64,000 nt of DNA, taken from the NCBI GenBank assembly GCA_030390025.1, contig CM059438.1:70990001-71054000 (forward strand), read 5' to 3'. A program made the position numbers and the translations under genes. The DNA comes from Squalus acanthias (lineage: Eukaryota). A model generated the notes under the pieces. The model did not search any database. It saw only the letters and a list, made by a program, of their open reading frames with translations, and was not told the origin of the DNA. Below are positions 37,740-50,221 of this stretch, in pieces (position 1 is the first letter of the stretch; each line of letters opens with the position of its first letter).

Positions 37740-40096
37740 CTTTTAAAATTAAGAACTGAAAATTAGAAACTGATTGTACTGAAGAGGTAGCTATATCAAA
37801 ATCTCTATTGCAAAACTAGTACTCAGGAGTTTTCTGAAACTTGTAAAGGAGATCTTGATATCTAAACCACTCGTTTTCTACAGTGTTTCCTCACAGGACA
37901 ACAACATACAGTACGTATATCCTGCGTTTAACATATCCCGAGCCTCTTCATACAGTGGGGGCGCAGGGGAGCAGGGAGGGGGGATGAGAGAATACGGACC
38001 AAGCAGGAGAAGCATTTGGGGAGATGTCTGAAAACATTATTGGAGCTTTTGAACAGGGTTTTTGAAAGAAAGGAGAGATGTAACAAGGCTGAGAGGTTTA
38101 GGAAGAGAATTTCAGCGTACTGAGCAGGTCTGCCACCAATGGTGGAGCAGAGGGAAGGGTGGAAACATACAGTAGGCCAGTGTCAGAGGGTGGAGGGTTT
38201 GAGCGGAGACATGCGTTGCAAATCTACGGTAGAAGTTCAAGAATCTGAAGATTGTAGAAGAAAGGGAAGAATCAAGATGTTCTTGGGGGGAAAAAATACA
38301 TTCAAGTAGGAGACTACAGCAAGTCTGGTTTTCTACATAATGAGGATGCAGGTCTCCAAGATTAAATTACAGCCTTTTCCCTCTAAGCTGTATTTACATT
38401 TTTGAATAACATGCACTATGGAGCTTGTATTTATTACCAGCATTTTGAAGTATTGAACATAAATAGAAGGAAGGTCCACGATAATTGTCAGGTTTAAAAT
38501 TGAATGATTTAAATTGACACTTATGCTTTCTGTGGATAAAATATTTCAATAGTTTACTTCTAGTTTCCTAACTGCAGCAAAAAATATAGTACATTTTACA
38601 GTAGGATATAAATAACTGAATCAAATTACAGTCCTAAAGCAGAATCCTTCGTGAATTAAGAGGTCAGTAGATATTATGAAAGTATTATGTCAAGGTTACA
38701 GTGCTGTCTATTAGTATGCAACACCAGACTTTCACATAGTCTGAGTTGTACTGTTCTAACATTTCATTTGGGTTTTTTTAATGGTACAATTTAAGTTGTT
38801 TTGACTTCCTATTTTAAAATGGTATTTCTTGCATAATTTATGCAACGTTTCCAGCTCCCCCTTAAAATCTGGCAAAAGTGCCCAGGATTGTTCCCTTTCT
38901 TGTCAAATCTAATAAGCATGGATCCTGACAGTAAGTGGACCTGCCTGACAAGTGCTTGATTGGTCATCCCAGTGAGTGTCTTTCCAAAGGGCAGCTGTTG
39001 GATAATGAGCGCTATTGATTTAAAAAAAAAAGAATTTCTACGAACCGAAGGTAGTTAAAACTGCATTCAGCTTACATTGTTTTTTTAAAAATCCTGTTGA
39101 GTTAGCTGCTTGATATTTTACCGTGCTTTCCTTCAGTTGTCCTATGTCTGGCTATGAGAGTGGGAGAAGGACCTGCTCCCTTGTCTCTGCCGCTCATAGT
39201 TGGCTACTAGCAGGTGCTGGAGAATGCTCGTGGAGTGATTCCATCTACGACTTCAAAAGTGAAAATATTTCCCTCGCTGTGGGGAAACATTGTCTTCTGT
39301 GACAGTACGGCTGAGATTAGAAACTCGCACTGTGTAGAATTGTGGGGGAAATCCACATCCTTACAACTCCATCCCATTGGACAGAGAGTTAGAGCTTCAA
39401 TACAGTGGGCTACGCTGTCGCCTATAGGTGCTTCTACATTTGTATTTCTGTATTTTGGCTTGTGGGAGAGTAATATCTATGCGCTGGTTCCTCACAGTGA
39501 TATTGCTACAAATGGTTCCCTTATTCCCACAGCAGAATCCTAGCACTGCAGAAACGTAAGTGTAAGCTAAGTAGGGGTAGCCCTTGGGAGAGCAGTGTCC
39601 ACTCACCAGCTCCCTATGTTTCCACTGGTATAACTGGCTCCCTTATTCCTACATCAGAATCACAGAGCCATGAAAATATAAACACAGTGAAGCAGCATGT
39701 TCACACTCTGGTGACCAGGATGACAAAAGCTTTGAATGTAAAAAGCACTTATAATTTCAATTTTAACAGAAATGGGTGAATAAATGTCAGTTTAATTCTG
39801 CTAAGATGTATTTCAGCGGCAGAGGGTCTGACTGAACTCGAAGAGAAGTTCTTGATAGTCTCTCCCAAGTCTGAGCATTACTTTTCACCAAAACTGCATA
39901 GATGAGCGCACAAGAAGAAATAATTCTCTCTCACTCTTGCCCTCTTTATTTTACTCTTTGCAAACACGCATGAATCCCCCCTGCAGCTTGGTAGCAAGTA
40001 TTCAGATTGAGGTAACCTATTAAAAAATTGGTTGATTCATATGCACTGCATTACTGCAAGAAGAATTCCTGTCTTGTAATGTCTATGGAGTTCTAC

Positions 40097-40352
40097 ATGC
40101 ATAGGATATACGGCACAGAAACAGGCCATTCGGCCCAACCAGTCCATGCCGGCATTTATGCTCCACACGAGCCTCCTCCCGTCTTTCCTCATCTAAATCT
40201 ATCAGCATAACCCTCTATTCCCTTCTCCCTCATATGCTTGTCTAGCATCCCCTTAAATGCATCTATACTATTTGCTTCAACCACTCCCTGTGGTAGCGAG
40301 TTTTCCACATTCTCACCACTCTTTGGGTAAAGAAGTTTCTTCTGAATTCCCT
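40097..40352 (-). mobile_element. CR1 LINE 3' end
   Basis: acggcacagaaacaggccattcggccc...ccacattctcaccactct is the reverse complement of a CR1 3' end; a relative lies at about 34200-34380(+). Confidence 0.75.
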
Positions 40353-41660
40353 ATGTAATTCTATGTCAGTAGTCTACCTGCCTTCATAACTGGAGAAAGT
40401 ACACGCTATAGGGAAATGAAGAGGGACAAAATCCTTTACTGCAGACAGATAGCAAAATTGTTTTAAAAAAAACGGATTCATATTTAATATTGAAAGTGAG
40501 TTTTATTGTGATGTTACTGATTGAGGGAGGAATGTTGGTCCAAATACAAAGGGTATTCAAATGCTCTTCAAATGGTAGGGGTAATTCCGCAATCCTGTAG
40601 TTCTAGGTCTTGGAGATAAGGCCACAACATTGTAGCCTGCTTCTCCCTGTGACTGTGGCTCCCCACTGGGATCGCGGAATTGCCCCAAAATATCATGAGA
40701 TAGTTAAAAGTCCACCTAAAACAGAATGAGCAGGTAGGCCCTTGGTTTTAACACCTCATCTGAAGGAGAAATTTCTCTGGGGTTTGAGTGTGACCTTCCT
40801 GATCAATTTACTTTTTCCCGTACACAACGGGTGTCGAAAATAATACTTTGTAATGAGTGCAAAAGGCAGTTCGAATTCTTTTTTAGAAAATATCTAACGC
40901 TACAACCACAGATAAAGGGGATGGAGAAAGAGCCTTTCAAGCCAGTGGGGAACAAAAGGAATTCCTCACCTTGGTTTTTATTTAAGACAATCTATCAGTT
41001 TCATTACTTACATGCATTTAATTAAATATGCATGAGGTTTCAGAGATGCTCACCATTACTAGAAGTCAGTCAGCGCTAACCAGCTGACATCAGTCGGTCA
41101 GCTCCCTAAGGATTCATTTCTCTCCATTGTGCAGCAAGGCTATTAGCATGCAGAATTAATTTTAATATTTGAAAGAATGGAAACAAGCACTTTTCTTCAA
41201 CGTTTACAGAGGAAGAATCCGTGCTTAGTTGCTGGTTGTGAAACATGTTGTTCATCGCTGCTCTTTGTAGCTTGACAAATGTAACAATCTAGCAGTGCTT
41301 CTCAGCCTGGTGGCTGATAATAATTAAAACACAATTTAGCATCAAAGAAGTTATTGCTGATAACACACGCCAAATAAGGTAACGTCATTGGAGTCTGGCA
41401 TCTAGCTGCCAAAAACAATGCGATTTCCCCTGTACATGTTTTTAACATTACAGCACTGGGCACTACATTAGCATGCAAGTGAATGTTTTTCTACATTCTT
41501 GTGGTGCAACTTTAAAGGAGAACCCTAATTATTTGTTAGTTCATAACTCCGACACCTTTAACCAATTTCCAAGCTTGCTTTCAGATGTACAGTATCATGG
41601 GGATCCGCTTTTGTAGGTATGAAGAAAATGAATTAATCATGCAACAGGCTTCAATCCCAC

Positions 41661-41861
41661 GGGGGTATAAAATTCAACTTGGGCGGCAGCGCAACGCAAC
41701 GCAAGCGATCGCGAATCGCCAGCCCGTTTTGCACCCCGTCCGATTTTTAAAATTTTCTCATCGAAGTCAATGGGAAAGAAAATTCGGTCTGGAGTGCCAA
41801 AATGAGCTGCCGATTCACTATCACCCATTTTTCGCTATCGCCCAAGACAAATTTTATACCT
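41661..41861. mobile_element. Short palindromic MITE
   Basis: TIRs ggggtataaaatt...ttgggcg / cgcccaa...aattttatacctc. Confidence 0.7.
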
Positions 41862-41986
41862 CAGTGGTTTTGCTGAAGTTTGCCTCTGCTGATCTTTTCA
41901 AATCCAGAACCAACAGAAACACGTACCTCATGATGCCTCATTTCCCCCCACCCCGGCAACAATCTGTCACCGCACGAGACACTTAC

Positions 41987-42197
41987 TTCCTGATCTTTCT
42001 TGAGACGTTGGGGACGTGGTATCCCGGCCTGCACTTGTATTTACACGATGAGCCAACCTTGTGCCCGTCTTGTAGACACCGCGAGCTGTCAAGCATGGCA
42101 TTGGGCACAGGAGGAGGAGCTAGGCACATCAGTTCACAAAGGGACTCTGGGAAAGACCACAGTCCATCGTCTAGGCAGGTCAGAGTGTTATTGGTCC
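41987..42197 (-). CDS. PAPPA: PAPPA exon (211 nt; CCP2-CCP3)
   Basis: Acceptor ctgcag, donor gtaagt. Translates (G)TNNTLTCLDDGLWSFPESLCELMCLAPPPVPNAMLDSSRCLQDGHKVGSSCKYKCRPGYHVPNVSRKIR(K). Phase 1 to 2, continuous with both neighbours. Confidence 0.96.
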
Positions 42198-43142
42198 CTG
42201 CAGAACAGTATATTGCATTAGTCCAAATGGAAGACTCATTTTTGGCACGGTCAAAATCCTCATTGACTAGAAACTAAAGCAACCTTGTTGGAATTGCTGG
42301 CACAATAATTTGGAAAGCAAATTGTTCACAGTTCCCCAGAAACGCGTATCCTGTACACGCTGTTACAAACCACAACTAAACACTGTTTTATAGCACAAAA
42401 TATATCTAAAGACATTCACTTACACAAACTTTATCCCATTTTCTACCCTTGAACCTTGGGCTGTTTGTTTTTGTTGGCAGGGCCTCCCTACAACTTTCTT
42501 AAAGTTACTCACGATTAAAAAAACAACTATTATTGTTGCTTTAGGCTGATCGGTTCCAATAAGTAACTTGTTGGCTTGACGCACTTGGACGTTTACTGAA
42601 AAAATAACACTGGGGGTGGGGAAATGCTTTTACTTAAAATGTATGTTTACTGGAAAAAGGGAGATTTTGCACATAAGGCAGTCTGAAGGGGATTGTGCAA
42701 TTCAAAGCAACAAGTTTAATGTTCCGCCCGCTTGAGAGAAGATATCTTCATGTCACTGATGGGAAGATCTGACTGTCCATACCTCATTGCTCTTTTCCCA
42801 CCCCCAATGTGTTCCCCTGGTCTGATATATCCTGAGGTAAGGTTCCACAGGGCCTGGCTAGTCCCTGGTACCTCAGCTAGGTAGCCGTTCTTCCTTTTGT
42901 GAGCTGAAGTAGTGAGTGCTGGCATGGGAAGCACTGCAGCTGTCCTTGCCTGACCTCCACATACCCACACTCCCCAGCAGGAGATACTGGTTAGCAATCA
43001 GGAACAGGAAACTTGCCAGATTTTTCACCTCCCTGGCCCAAGGATGCTGAGGCCAGCTGACGCTGCCCTGTCTGAGATTAGCTAACTCAACACAGGCCAG
43101 GGGTGATTTGCACAGCTCAGTTCCTCACTGAACAGGGCACAT

Positions 43143-43248
43143 CCATGTTCTCTCTAATTTTTTTTTTGGGTGCGCGGTCCCTTCAAACTTCAGGCAATGC
43201 GCGGTTTTTCCATTGAGAAACCAGCAAGCGGCCTGAACAGGAGCATTG
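43143..43248. mobile_element. Internally deleted hAT-like MITE
   Basis: ccatgttctctct ... ggagcattg; flanks gggcacat/gtacacat (6 of 8 match). Confidence 0.6.
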
Positions 43249-43259
43249 GTACACATACC

Positions 43260-43482
43260 AATTTTTTCATACAAAGGGTGGTAGAAATCTGCAATTCGCT
43301 CCCCCCCCCCCCCCCAAAAGGCCGTGGATGCTGGGACGATTGGAGTTTTCAAGACTGAGGTCGATAGATTTTGGTTAGGTAAGGATATCAAGGGATATGG
43401 AGGTGCAGATCAGCCATGATTTAATTGTATGGCGGAGCAGGCACGAGGGACTGAATGGCTTACTCCTGTTCTTGTGTTCCTA
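43260..43482 (+). mobile_element. CR1 LINE 3' end
   Basis: FFIQRVVEICNSLP motif and a 3' UTR like that of 29335-29713. Confidence 0.8.
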
Positions 43483-43702
43483 TCAATCATTGGGGATCTA
43501 TTCTACCTCAAATTTAATTATCAATCAGCTATAAAATCTGACTAACTGACCTTGATTTCTGTTGTTCTGTTGTTGGTGTTAAATTATCATTAAGCTGGAT
43601 GTTGTACATATGATGCACTAGTTACTGTTCATATCATTCTTTCGGATGACTCTTCATTTCATGCTTTGTATCAGTGCTTCATCAGCTGTCTGATTTCAAT
43701 CA

Positions 43703-43929
43703 TGATGCGGAGATGCCGGTGTTGGACTGGGGTGGACAAAAGTGAGAAGTCGCACAATACCAGGTTATAGTCCAACAGTTTTATTTGAAATCACAAGCTT
43801 TCGGAGCTGCTGCCCCTTCGTCAGGTGAAGTAACTTCACTTCACCTGACGAAGGGTCAGCGCTCCGAAAGCTTGTGATTTCAAATAAAACTGTTGGACTA
43901 TAACCTGGTGTTGTGCGACTTCTCACTTT
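43703..43929. mobile_element. Penelope-derived fold-back element (second family), 227 bp, 12-bp TSD
   Basis: About 95-bp inverted arms (from about 43737 to about 43931) plus an unpaired extension of about 34 nt. TSD tgatttcaatca at 43691-43702 and 43930-43941. Contains ctgacgaagg...ctccgaaagc. Penelope assignment rests on recognised sequence and architecture, not on an ORF. Confidence 0.78.
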
Positions 43930-45230
43930 TGATTTCAATCAGCCAGCCGTTTAGCAATCTCCCACTTCTTCAGTGAAGTCGCATGTGTGCAGGGAGATTC
44001 GGTTTATCCTCCTGCTTCCTGCACACACAAGTATGCATCAACAAACAACTCCTCGAGGAAAAGCCATCCCTGTTACTTCTGGAGTCTGCGCTCCTTGCGT
44101 GGCACCTCATTTACAGTCTCCTGAGTTTGATGTTCATTTTGAAATCTTACAACCTCAGTTGTATTTAGGGTTTGCCAACAGAACCATAAAACCACAATAT
44201 AATTAATATTTTAGGAGCATATACAGCCTTTTAACAGCAGCATAAATGGCAAATCAGCCTTATGTTCAGCTCTCATATTAGTATTGTCTTATTTTAATTC
44301 AGAGCATCAGTGCGAGGCCAAGGCCCATAATTTAGGACATCCCCAAAGTTGAAAAGGGTAAGAGAGCAGGCAAGTTAATCAAATTGAGTGTATGCCCGCC
44401 CTTCAGCTGTTTATTTTAGTACTTCCACATCTGTGTGTGACCACTACAGATGTGCAGCCTTGTCAGTGCCTAATAAAAGGAAATAGTCTTTGCTTAATTC
44501 AAAATCTGGCAAATGCCATGTTTTCACTTTCTTCTCTTGGTTCAATCCTGATGGGAGCAACAAGATTAAAAATAATAAAGTTTAACTACGTGTATAAAAC
44601 CTTCAAACAACCGAGAGAGATTTCTGGACTTGACTGCATGTACTGGCTGTTGAAGGCGTGAGCAGAGAATGCAGCGCTAATGGGCTGTAATACTCTATCA
44701 TGTCAGTGACTAACGTGCCTGTGACGCCAAAAATTTTTTTTATCTATTCAACCCCTCGCCTCCCTCCCCACCCCTGGAACATGACACCCAGAGGATGCAG
44801 TTGTCTGGATCCAAAACTGTATATTAGTTTGCCGTACAGTTTTATAGAGTGAGCAAAATCTGCAGATGATAATGTTTTTTATTTTAGTGGGGAGGTAAGA
44901 CCTTGTCACTCAGCTGCATTAAATACGCACACATCCTGTACAGTGCATCAATCAGAACTAGCACAGTGCTCCCAGGTTCATGTTTTGCTCTGACACTTTT
45001 ATCACTAAGGAGTGTGGTGACAGTGATTAGGAGCTGGGCTGCTGCCACAGGCATCCAGAAAGAATGGATTTTCTGACTCCAGAGTGTCTCTCTAGAGATT
45101 CAGGCTGTTGAGCTGATGGTTCATCAAGGAAGTGAGAACATGGCAACAGTTGTGACATTACATTTTTTTTTGACGAGGGAGCAAAAAGAGGTACCTGGCG
45201 GTTTGTGCTGCAGTTCCGGTCTTTTCTTAC

Positions 45231-45414
45231 CTCGTAGCAGGGCAGGGGGTCTACACTGAAAGGTGCACTGCTTGCCAAATGTGGTCCCTTCAGGGCAGGA
45301 GAAGGTGGCAGGGTAGATGTGGTACTGGTCAGGGATGCCGCAATCTACAGGCTCGCAAAGCACTTGTTGGTTCCATTTCCCATCTGTGCAAGTGACTGTC
45401 ATCTTCGATTCAGA
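45231..45414 (-). CDS. PAPPA: PAPPA exon (184 nt; end of CCP1 and start of CCP2)
   Basis: Acceptor tctgtttccag, donor G|gtaaga. Translates SESKMTVTCTDGKWNQQVLCEPVDCGIPDQYHIYPATFSCPEGTTFGKQCTFQCRPPALLR(G), matching the human PAPP-A segment VTVTCTEGKWNKQVACEPVDC...FSCPEGTTFGSQCSFQCR as I recall it. Phase 0 to 1. Confidence 0.95.
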
Positions 45415-46149
45415 CTGGAAACAGAATTCACACCATGTTTAATTCACGGGATAGAAATATTCAACACAGAATCTATAAACGCCAATCATGGAAAGATTAG
45501 TCTTTCTAACTTTTGCATGCTGAAGTGAAGCCAAGCCAAACAATTCCCATTTTCTCAAGCTTTACCTACCAAGACACAAAAATTGAAGATATTCCTTTTT
45601 CATTGGTCTGGAGAACTGGATTTGGTCCAGTTGAGAGGAGGCTTGAAGGTTCTGCTTCCACAGGTTTAATTCCACAGCAAAACCCTGGTACCTTTCCTGA
45701 ACCCAGACAGTGAGTGCCATCAGACTACGGAGGCATCATAGCTGATCCCATTCCTGTCCTTGCGTGCAAAACTTTCCAACAGGGCTCAATGGATAACCAT
45801 CAGGAGCGGGAACCCAAGTTGCATTTTCCCCTCCATGGGATGGGGCGCTGAAGCCAGTTACAACACCCCAGTTGCTACCTTGACGGAGATCGACACTGTG
45901 CCGACCTTTCCTGATCTGTGAGGCTCAGCACACTCCAAACGGTGCATTTAGCCCTGGGCCATTGGAGGAACAGACGAGGTTATTTTTCATACAACATAAG
46001 GTGCAGTACTTTCCCGTACTGTCAGGTAAAGAAAAGTTTTGCACTACACTTTCAGCGGCTGTTTGATTATTACCTAAATCACCCTTTCTCCTTGGTCATA
46101 TTGCCTCCAACTAAATTCACTGCATGAACGAACATCCTAAAAGAAAACA

Positions 46150-47085
46150 ACAACAACAACAGCGGCTTGCATTTACATAGCGCCTTTAAAGTAGTAAAAT
46201 GTCCCAAGGTGCACCACAGGAGCGTAATCAGATAAAACCGAGCCAAAGAAGGAGACAATGGCCCAAATATTCGTGAGGAAGCCTTCGTGCGAGGGTAAGG
46301 CCTCCCCGCGATCTCTCACTGCGCGTTGGCTTTTTCAGTTCCAGCTCACACGAACTTGATGTTCTGGACAGCTGCTGTGCTGGGCTTGCGTATCCCACCG
46401 GTGTAGTTAATTCGTGCGAGCTGTGGGATCACGTGACTCAGTTAGAGCCAATGGCAGCACACCATCTTCCATTCATAACTTTCACATACGTGCTGTGAAA
46501 GCTATGAATACTATAGCCCCCCAAAAGAACCGCTAAACCTCAATTAAATTTAAAAAAAAACATCACATTAATAAAATAAGTATAGTTAAATAAATTAACC
46601 ATTTTAAATAAAAAATTAAATTTTTGAAAAAATTTAAAATCTTTTAAAAAGTTATAAAAATAAACTTACCTGTCTTTAAAGTCTCTAAAAAAGATATACC
46701 TGTTAAAAAAAATTCAAAATAATACTTAATTCACTACTTACCTTGTTAAAAGTGGGTCTTACTCCTCCTTTTTTTATGTGTAGAATCTTCCGTACTTACC
46801 TGCGCGTTGAAACCACTAAGTGCACTGCATGCGCGCAGCCTGTAGCGCGCACGCGGTTCACCTAGGACCCGCCCCCTTTTCCATTCACCAAGTGCCGGTT
46901 TTCAGCGCATGCGCAGTGCATGCAGAAAACCGGCAATTGGAGACAGAATACGCGAGAGGACGCAGTGTGTACTCTCGCGTAGCGGCACTAATTTTTGGGC
47001 CATTAGCACAGGGGTCACAGAGGTAGGTTTTAAGCCAAGTCTTGGAGAAGGAGGAGAGAGAAGTGGAGAGGTGAAGCGGTTTGGG
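46150..47085 (-). mobile_element. L2-type 3' end split by a MITE
   Basis: ttgcatttacatagcgcctt...gagccaaagaaggagac [MITE] attagcacagg...ggagagagaagtggagagg matches the reverse complement of 11100-11290. Confidence 0.75.
46260..47001. mobile_element. Harbinger-type MITE, copy 2 (742 bp)
   Basis: TIRs ggcccaaatatt / aatttttgggcc; flanks AAT/ATT at a site that reads gagacATTagg in the uninterrupted L2 copy; near-identical to 25095-25833. Confidence 0.88.
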
Positions 47086-49979
47086 GAAAAATGACATGTT
47101 TATCGAGAGTAACAAATACTTGGCATTGACCTAGCAAGCAAAAATCCTATCTTGGGTTTCAGCTGAGATATGGAAACCACTCGAATGTCACTCTTGCTTT
47201 TTATGGAATTATCCATTCTGCTTGACTGCATTGCTTCCCTGTAACGTACTGGCAGCTGTCTGTTACCATGTAATATATTTTGAATTAATAACTCATTTCC
47301 CATTCCACTTTCAAGTTTGTTGAGCACAGTAAATGGCTCCACTTGGGGAGCTGAGGGGGAAAAAAAGCACGGGCGGGCAGCATAAGAGACTGTTTCGATC
47401 CACAAGTAAACTGCACACATCTTAATCTGGATTCTCCAAATGGCTTTATACCGAGAGTAATATATTATGTAAATTCTGCATATGTGTTGCTTAGTTTCTA
47501 TCTTCTGTGTTCTCTCTGGTGAAAGCCAAGTGCTCACTGTGCCGAATATTAATTATGGGCAGGCAGGTCATTAGAGCAATAGAGACCTTAGCGTGTATTA
47601 ATATATGATAATTACACACCTGTCTCTCAGTCATTGTAAATGCTGTAATTCTGTAATGATCTCTTAAAGGAGATCTGACACCATTTAAATTGTGAAGTTA
47701 CTGTAATTTAATCCCAGAAGACAAAAACAAGGAGAAACTTGGGTCTTTTCACCCTTGAAAGAGGCATTTGATACAAGGATACAAGACTGTAAATGGCATG
47801 TAAAAGGGACGCCCAAAAAATATACTTTAAATTGTGAGAGTAAGGATGGTTTTAACTGGTGAGGGGCAGATTTAGAACTGATATCAGGATGTTTTTCTTC
47901 ATACAGTGATTGGTGCATAGAATAGACTCTCAGTTTAATTTGTGGAGGTTTAAAACCCTGGAATCCATTAACGAGCAATTGGATTCTGCACTGAGGAGAC
48001 TCTAGAGTCGTCCTCATTGAATGAACTGAGATGGGCGAGGCGGGGAGACCTACTGATCTGAATTACCCTGTGACCTTGTGAAGACACTTTTACCCCATTT
48101 CTATTATGGAACACCGTTGAATGGTCCCCCTAGCTGTCAAATGTGCTCGGGGCGGCAACAAGGGCAAAACTGTGCTTGTGCAACTTCACGGGCGCATGGA
48201 ATTCATTGAAAGCCACTTTGCGACTATGATCCGGCTGAGGCTTTACTCAAGGTCGAGGATAGTTCTGTACAGACCAGCGATGCTGTAAAGCACACCAGAG
48301 CCAAATTGGCGGGCCGACTCGTGTGCTACCATTGGGAGGTGTTCATTTTTCCAGCCATTGACATCCAGCGGTTCGAGGCATCCCAGACAGTACGTTCCCA
48401 TGGAGAATTCTAGCGCATACAAAGGCACTGACCTGAGATTACTGACCATCCCGGACAGTCCTGTAAATCAGTGGATTGTGCGAGGTATCAGTCAGTCTCT
48501 CCTTGTTGCTTTATTTATGTTTTCAAACCAGTTTTTTTTTTTTAGAGGCAGCAAGCAGACAGGCATTTTGGTTGAACCCACCCTGCGGTGATGTTGCACT
48601 CCAGTGACACTGCAAATGGAAACGGTGCTCTTTCGGTAAGAAGCCCTCCCATTCGTGTTGTCGCTGAAGCAGCACTTTGTGATTCTTCCACAGGGAAGCC
48701 CAACCTAAAAATTGGACTTCCCAGGCTGCCTCTGACCAACTATTTAAATGCATGAAACACAGCAACAAGGCATGACTGACAGAAACGGGTTAAGCCTATA
48801 AGTGGAGCACTAGCACGCTACATGCTATTAAGTACCGTTTGATAATCCTGTGCAGTATACCTCCTCTTTAGTGCTCCAATTTATCCCAATTCAATTCAGA
48901 AGAATGATTTCCTTACCACCTCCACTCAAGGATACAAACTACTCGAGCTGCACGATCTCTGTACTTTATAATTTCACGTACTTTCTAACTTATATTGCTG
49001 AAAGTGCCAGTTAACCAATTTGATGACTGTAATTAGCTATCTCTTTGTTTTATGCATCTGATACACTTCTCCATGCTCCTCTACATCGCGATTCCCCTCA
49101 CCGCTGGACTGGGCTGATGAACTAACTTTAGGTTACCATTGGAAGCCAGCTGTTAGTCGTTCCTGGATGGCATGGTGGGTAAATGCAATGCCCAGTGTGC
49201 TACAGGGGTATACAGGCCAGTCATGTCTCAGACCTGAATCCTGGCCTGTGCTGAGCGCACTAATCTCTGTAGGGTAACAGCCCCACAAACTGGACTCGGT
49301 GCTCCTGGGGCACAAAGGCGAGCAGCTGTGCACACGTCCAGCTCCTTTTCGTTATTGCTGGGAAGTTCAGGTTTGTGTACCTTGGATGAGGGCAGGAATG
49401 GTCTCTCTGGTGTGATGCTCTCCACGGTTGAATGGCCTAACGTTCAGTATCTAAGCTGAACATGGGTGAGATAGAGAGGTGCCAGCACCATGGAACCACA
49501 TACCAGTAAGCAGCCAACACCGTCGGGAGTGGAAAAAGAATCAGGGAAAAAAAAGTTTCAATTTCAGACCAACTGTTGGATGCTGCAGTTGAAGGTTTAG
49601 ATATGTTTTTAAAAAATCTTTATTTTAGATAGTAATTGACTTTTACTAATAAATCAGAACTAATGAACACAAAGGTATTGGTACAGCTGGATTCCCACCA
49701 CATTTTCAGTGGGGGGAGATTTGCCTGTGAGAGGTGCAATAACTGCGATTATGCCTCGTGCACCAAGAAAACCTTCCCCCACATACGAAAACAATGACTT
49801 ACATTATAAGCCCCCAACCTGTGCATGTCTCCTCCTTCATTAACTTAATCCTACAGTCATTCTGCTAACGTCTTAAATGTGTGACATTCAGCTAATATGT
49901 GAATCTGGGAACTCAATTTATTAATTAAAAAAAAAAATTGCAGGCAGTTTTATTGCTTGTCAAATCATTGGAATTCAGA

Positions 49980-50221
49980 GAAAGACTTGCATTTTTTATA
50001 TATAATGAGTGCCTTTCATGACCACCGGACGTCGCAAAGTGCTTTACAGCCAATTAAGTACTTTTGAAGTGTAGTCACTGTTGTAATGTGGGAAACACGG
50101 CAGCCAATTTGCGCACAGCAAGCTCCCACAAACAGTAATGTGATAATGACCAGATAATCTGTTTTTTGTTATGTGGATTGAGGGATAAATATTGGCCAGG
50201 ACACCGGGGATAACGCCCCTG
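49980..50221 (-). mobile_element. Deu-type SINE 3' half
   Basis: Close match to 7356-7590. Confidence 0.85.

Noticed and set aside
41585-42277. 230-aa plus-strand ORF
   Set aside because: It is the antisense of a PAPPA exon joined to a palindromic MITE; no recognisable protein.
45124-45230. ORF-track extension of the CCP exon (KKRPELQ...)
   Set aside because: Intronic read-through beyond the GTAAGA donor; the phase fits splicing to 42197.
9841-45414. Assignment to PAPPA2 instead of PAPPA
   Set aside because: CTAGLKWYPHP, GDNYCD and CRKDGTWNGS match PAPP-A. PAPP-A2, as I recall it, has QWHPDP and ADGWCD at the first two positions.
48190-48770. GC-rich stretch with several overlapping 65-81 aa ORFs, checked as the missing upstream PAPPA (CCP1) exon
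   Set aside because: No frame I read shows the expected CCP1 cysteine pattern or phase-compatible splice sites; that exon is probably beyond 64000.
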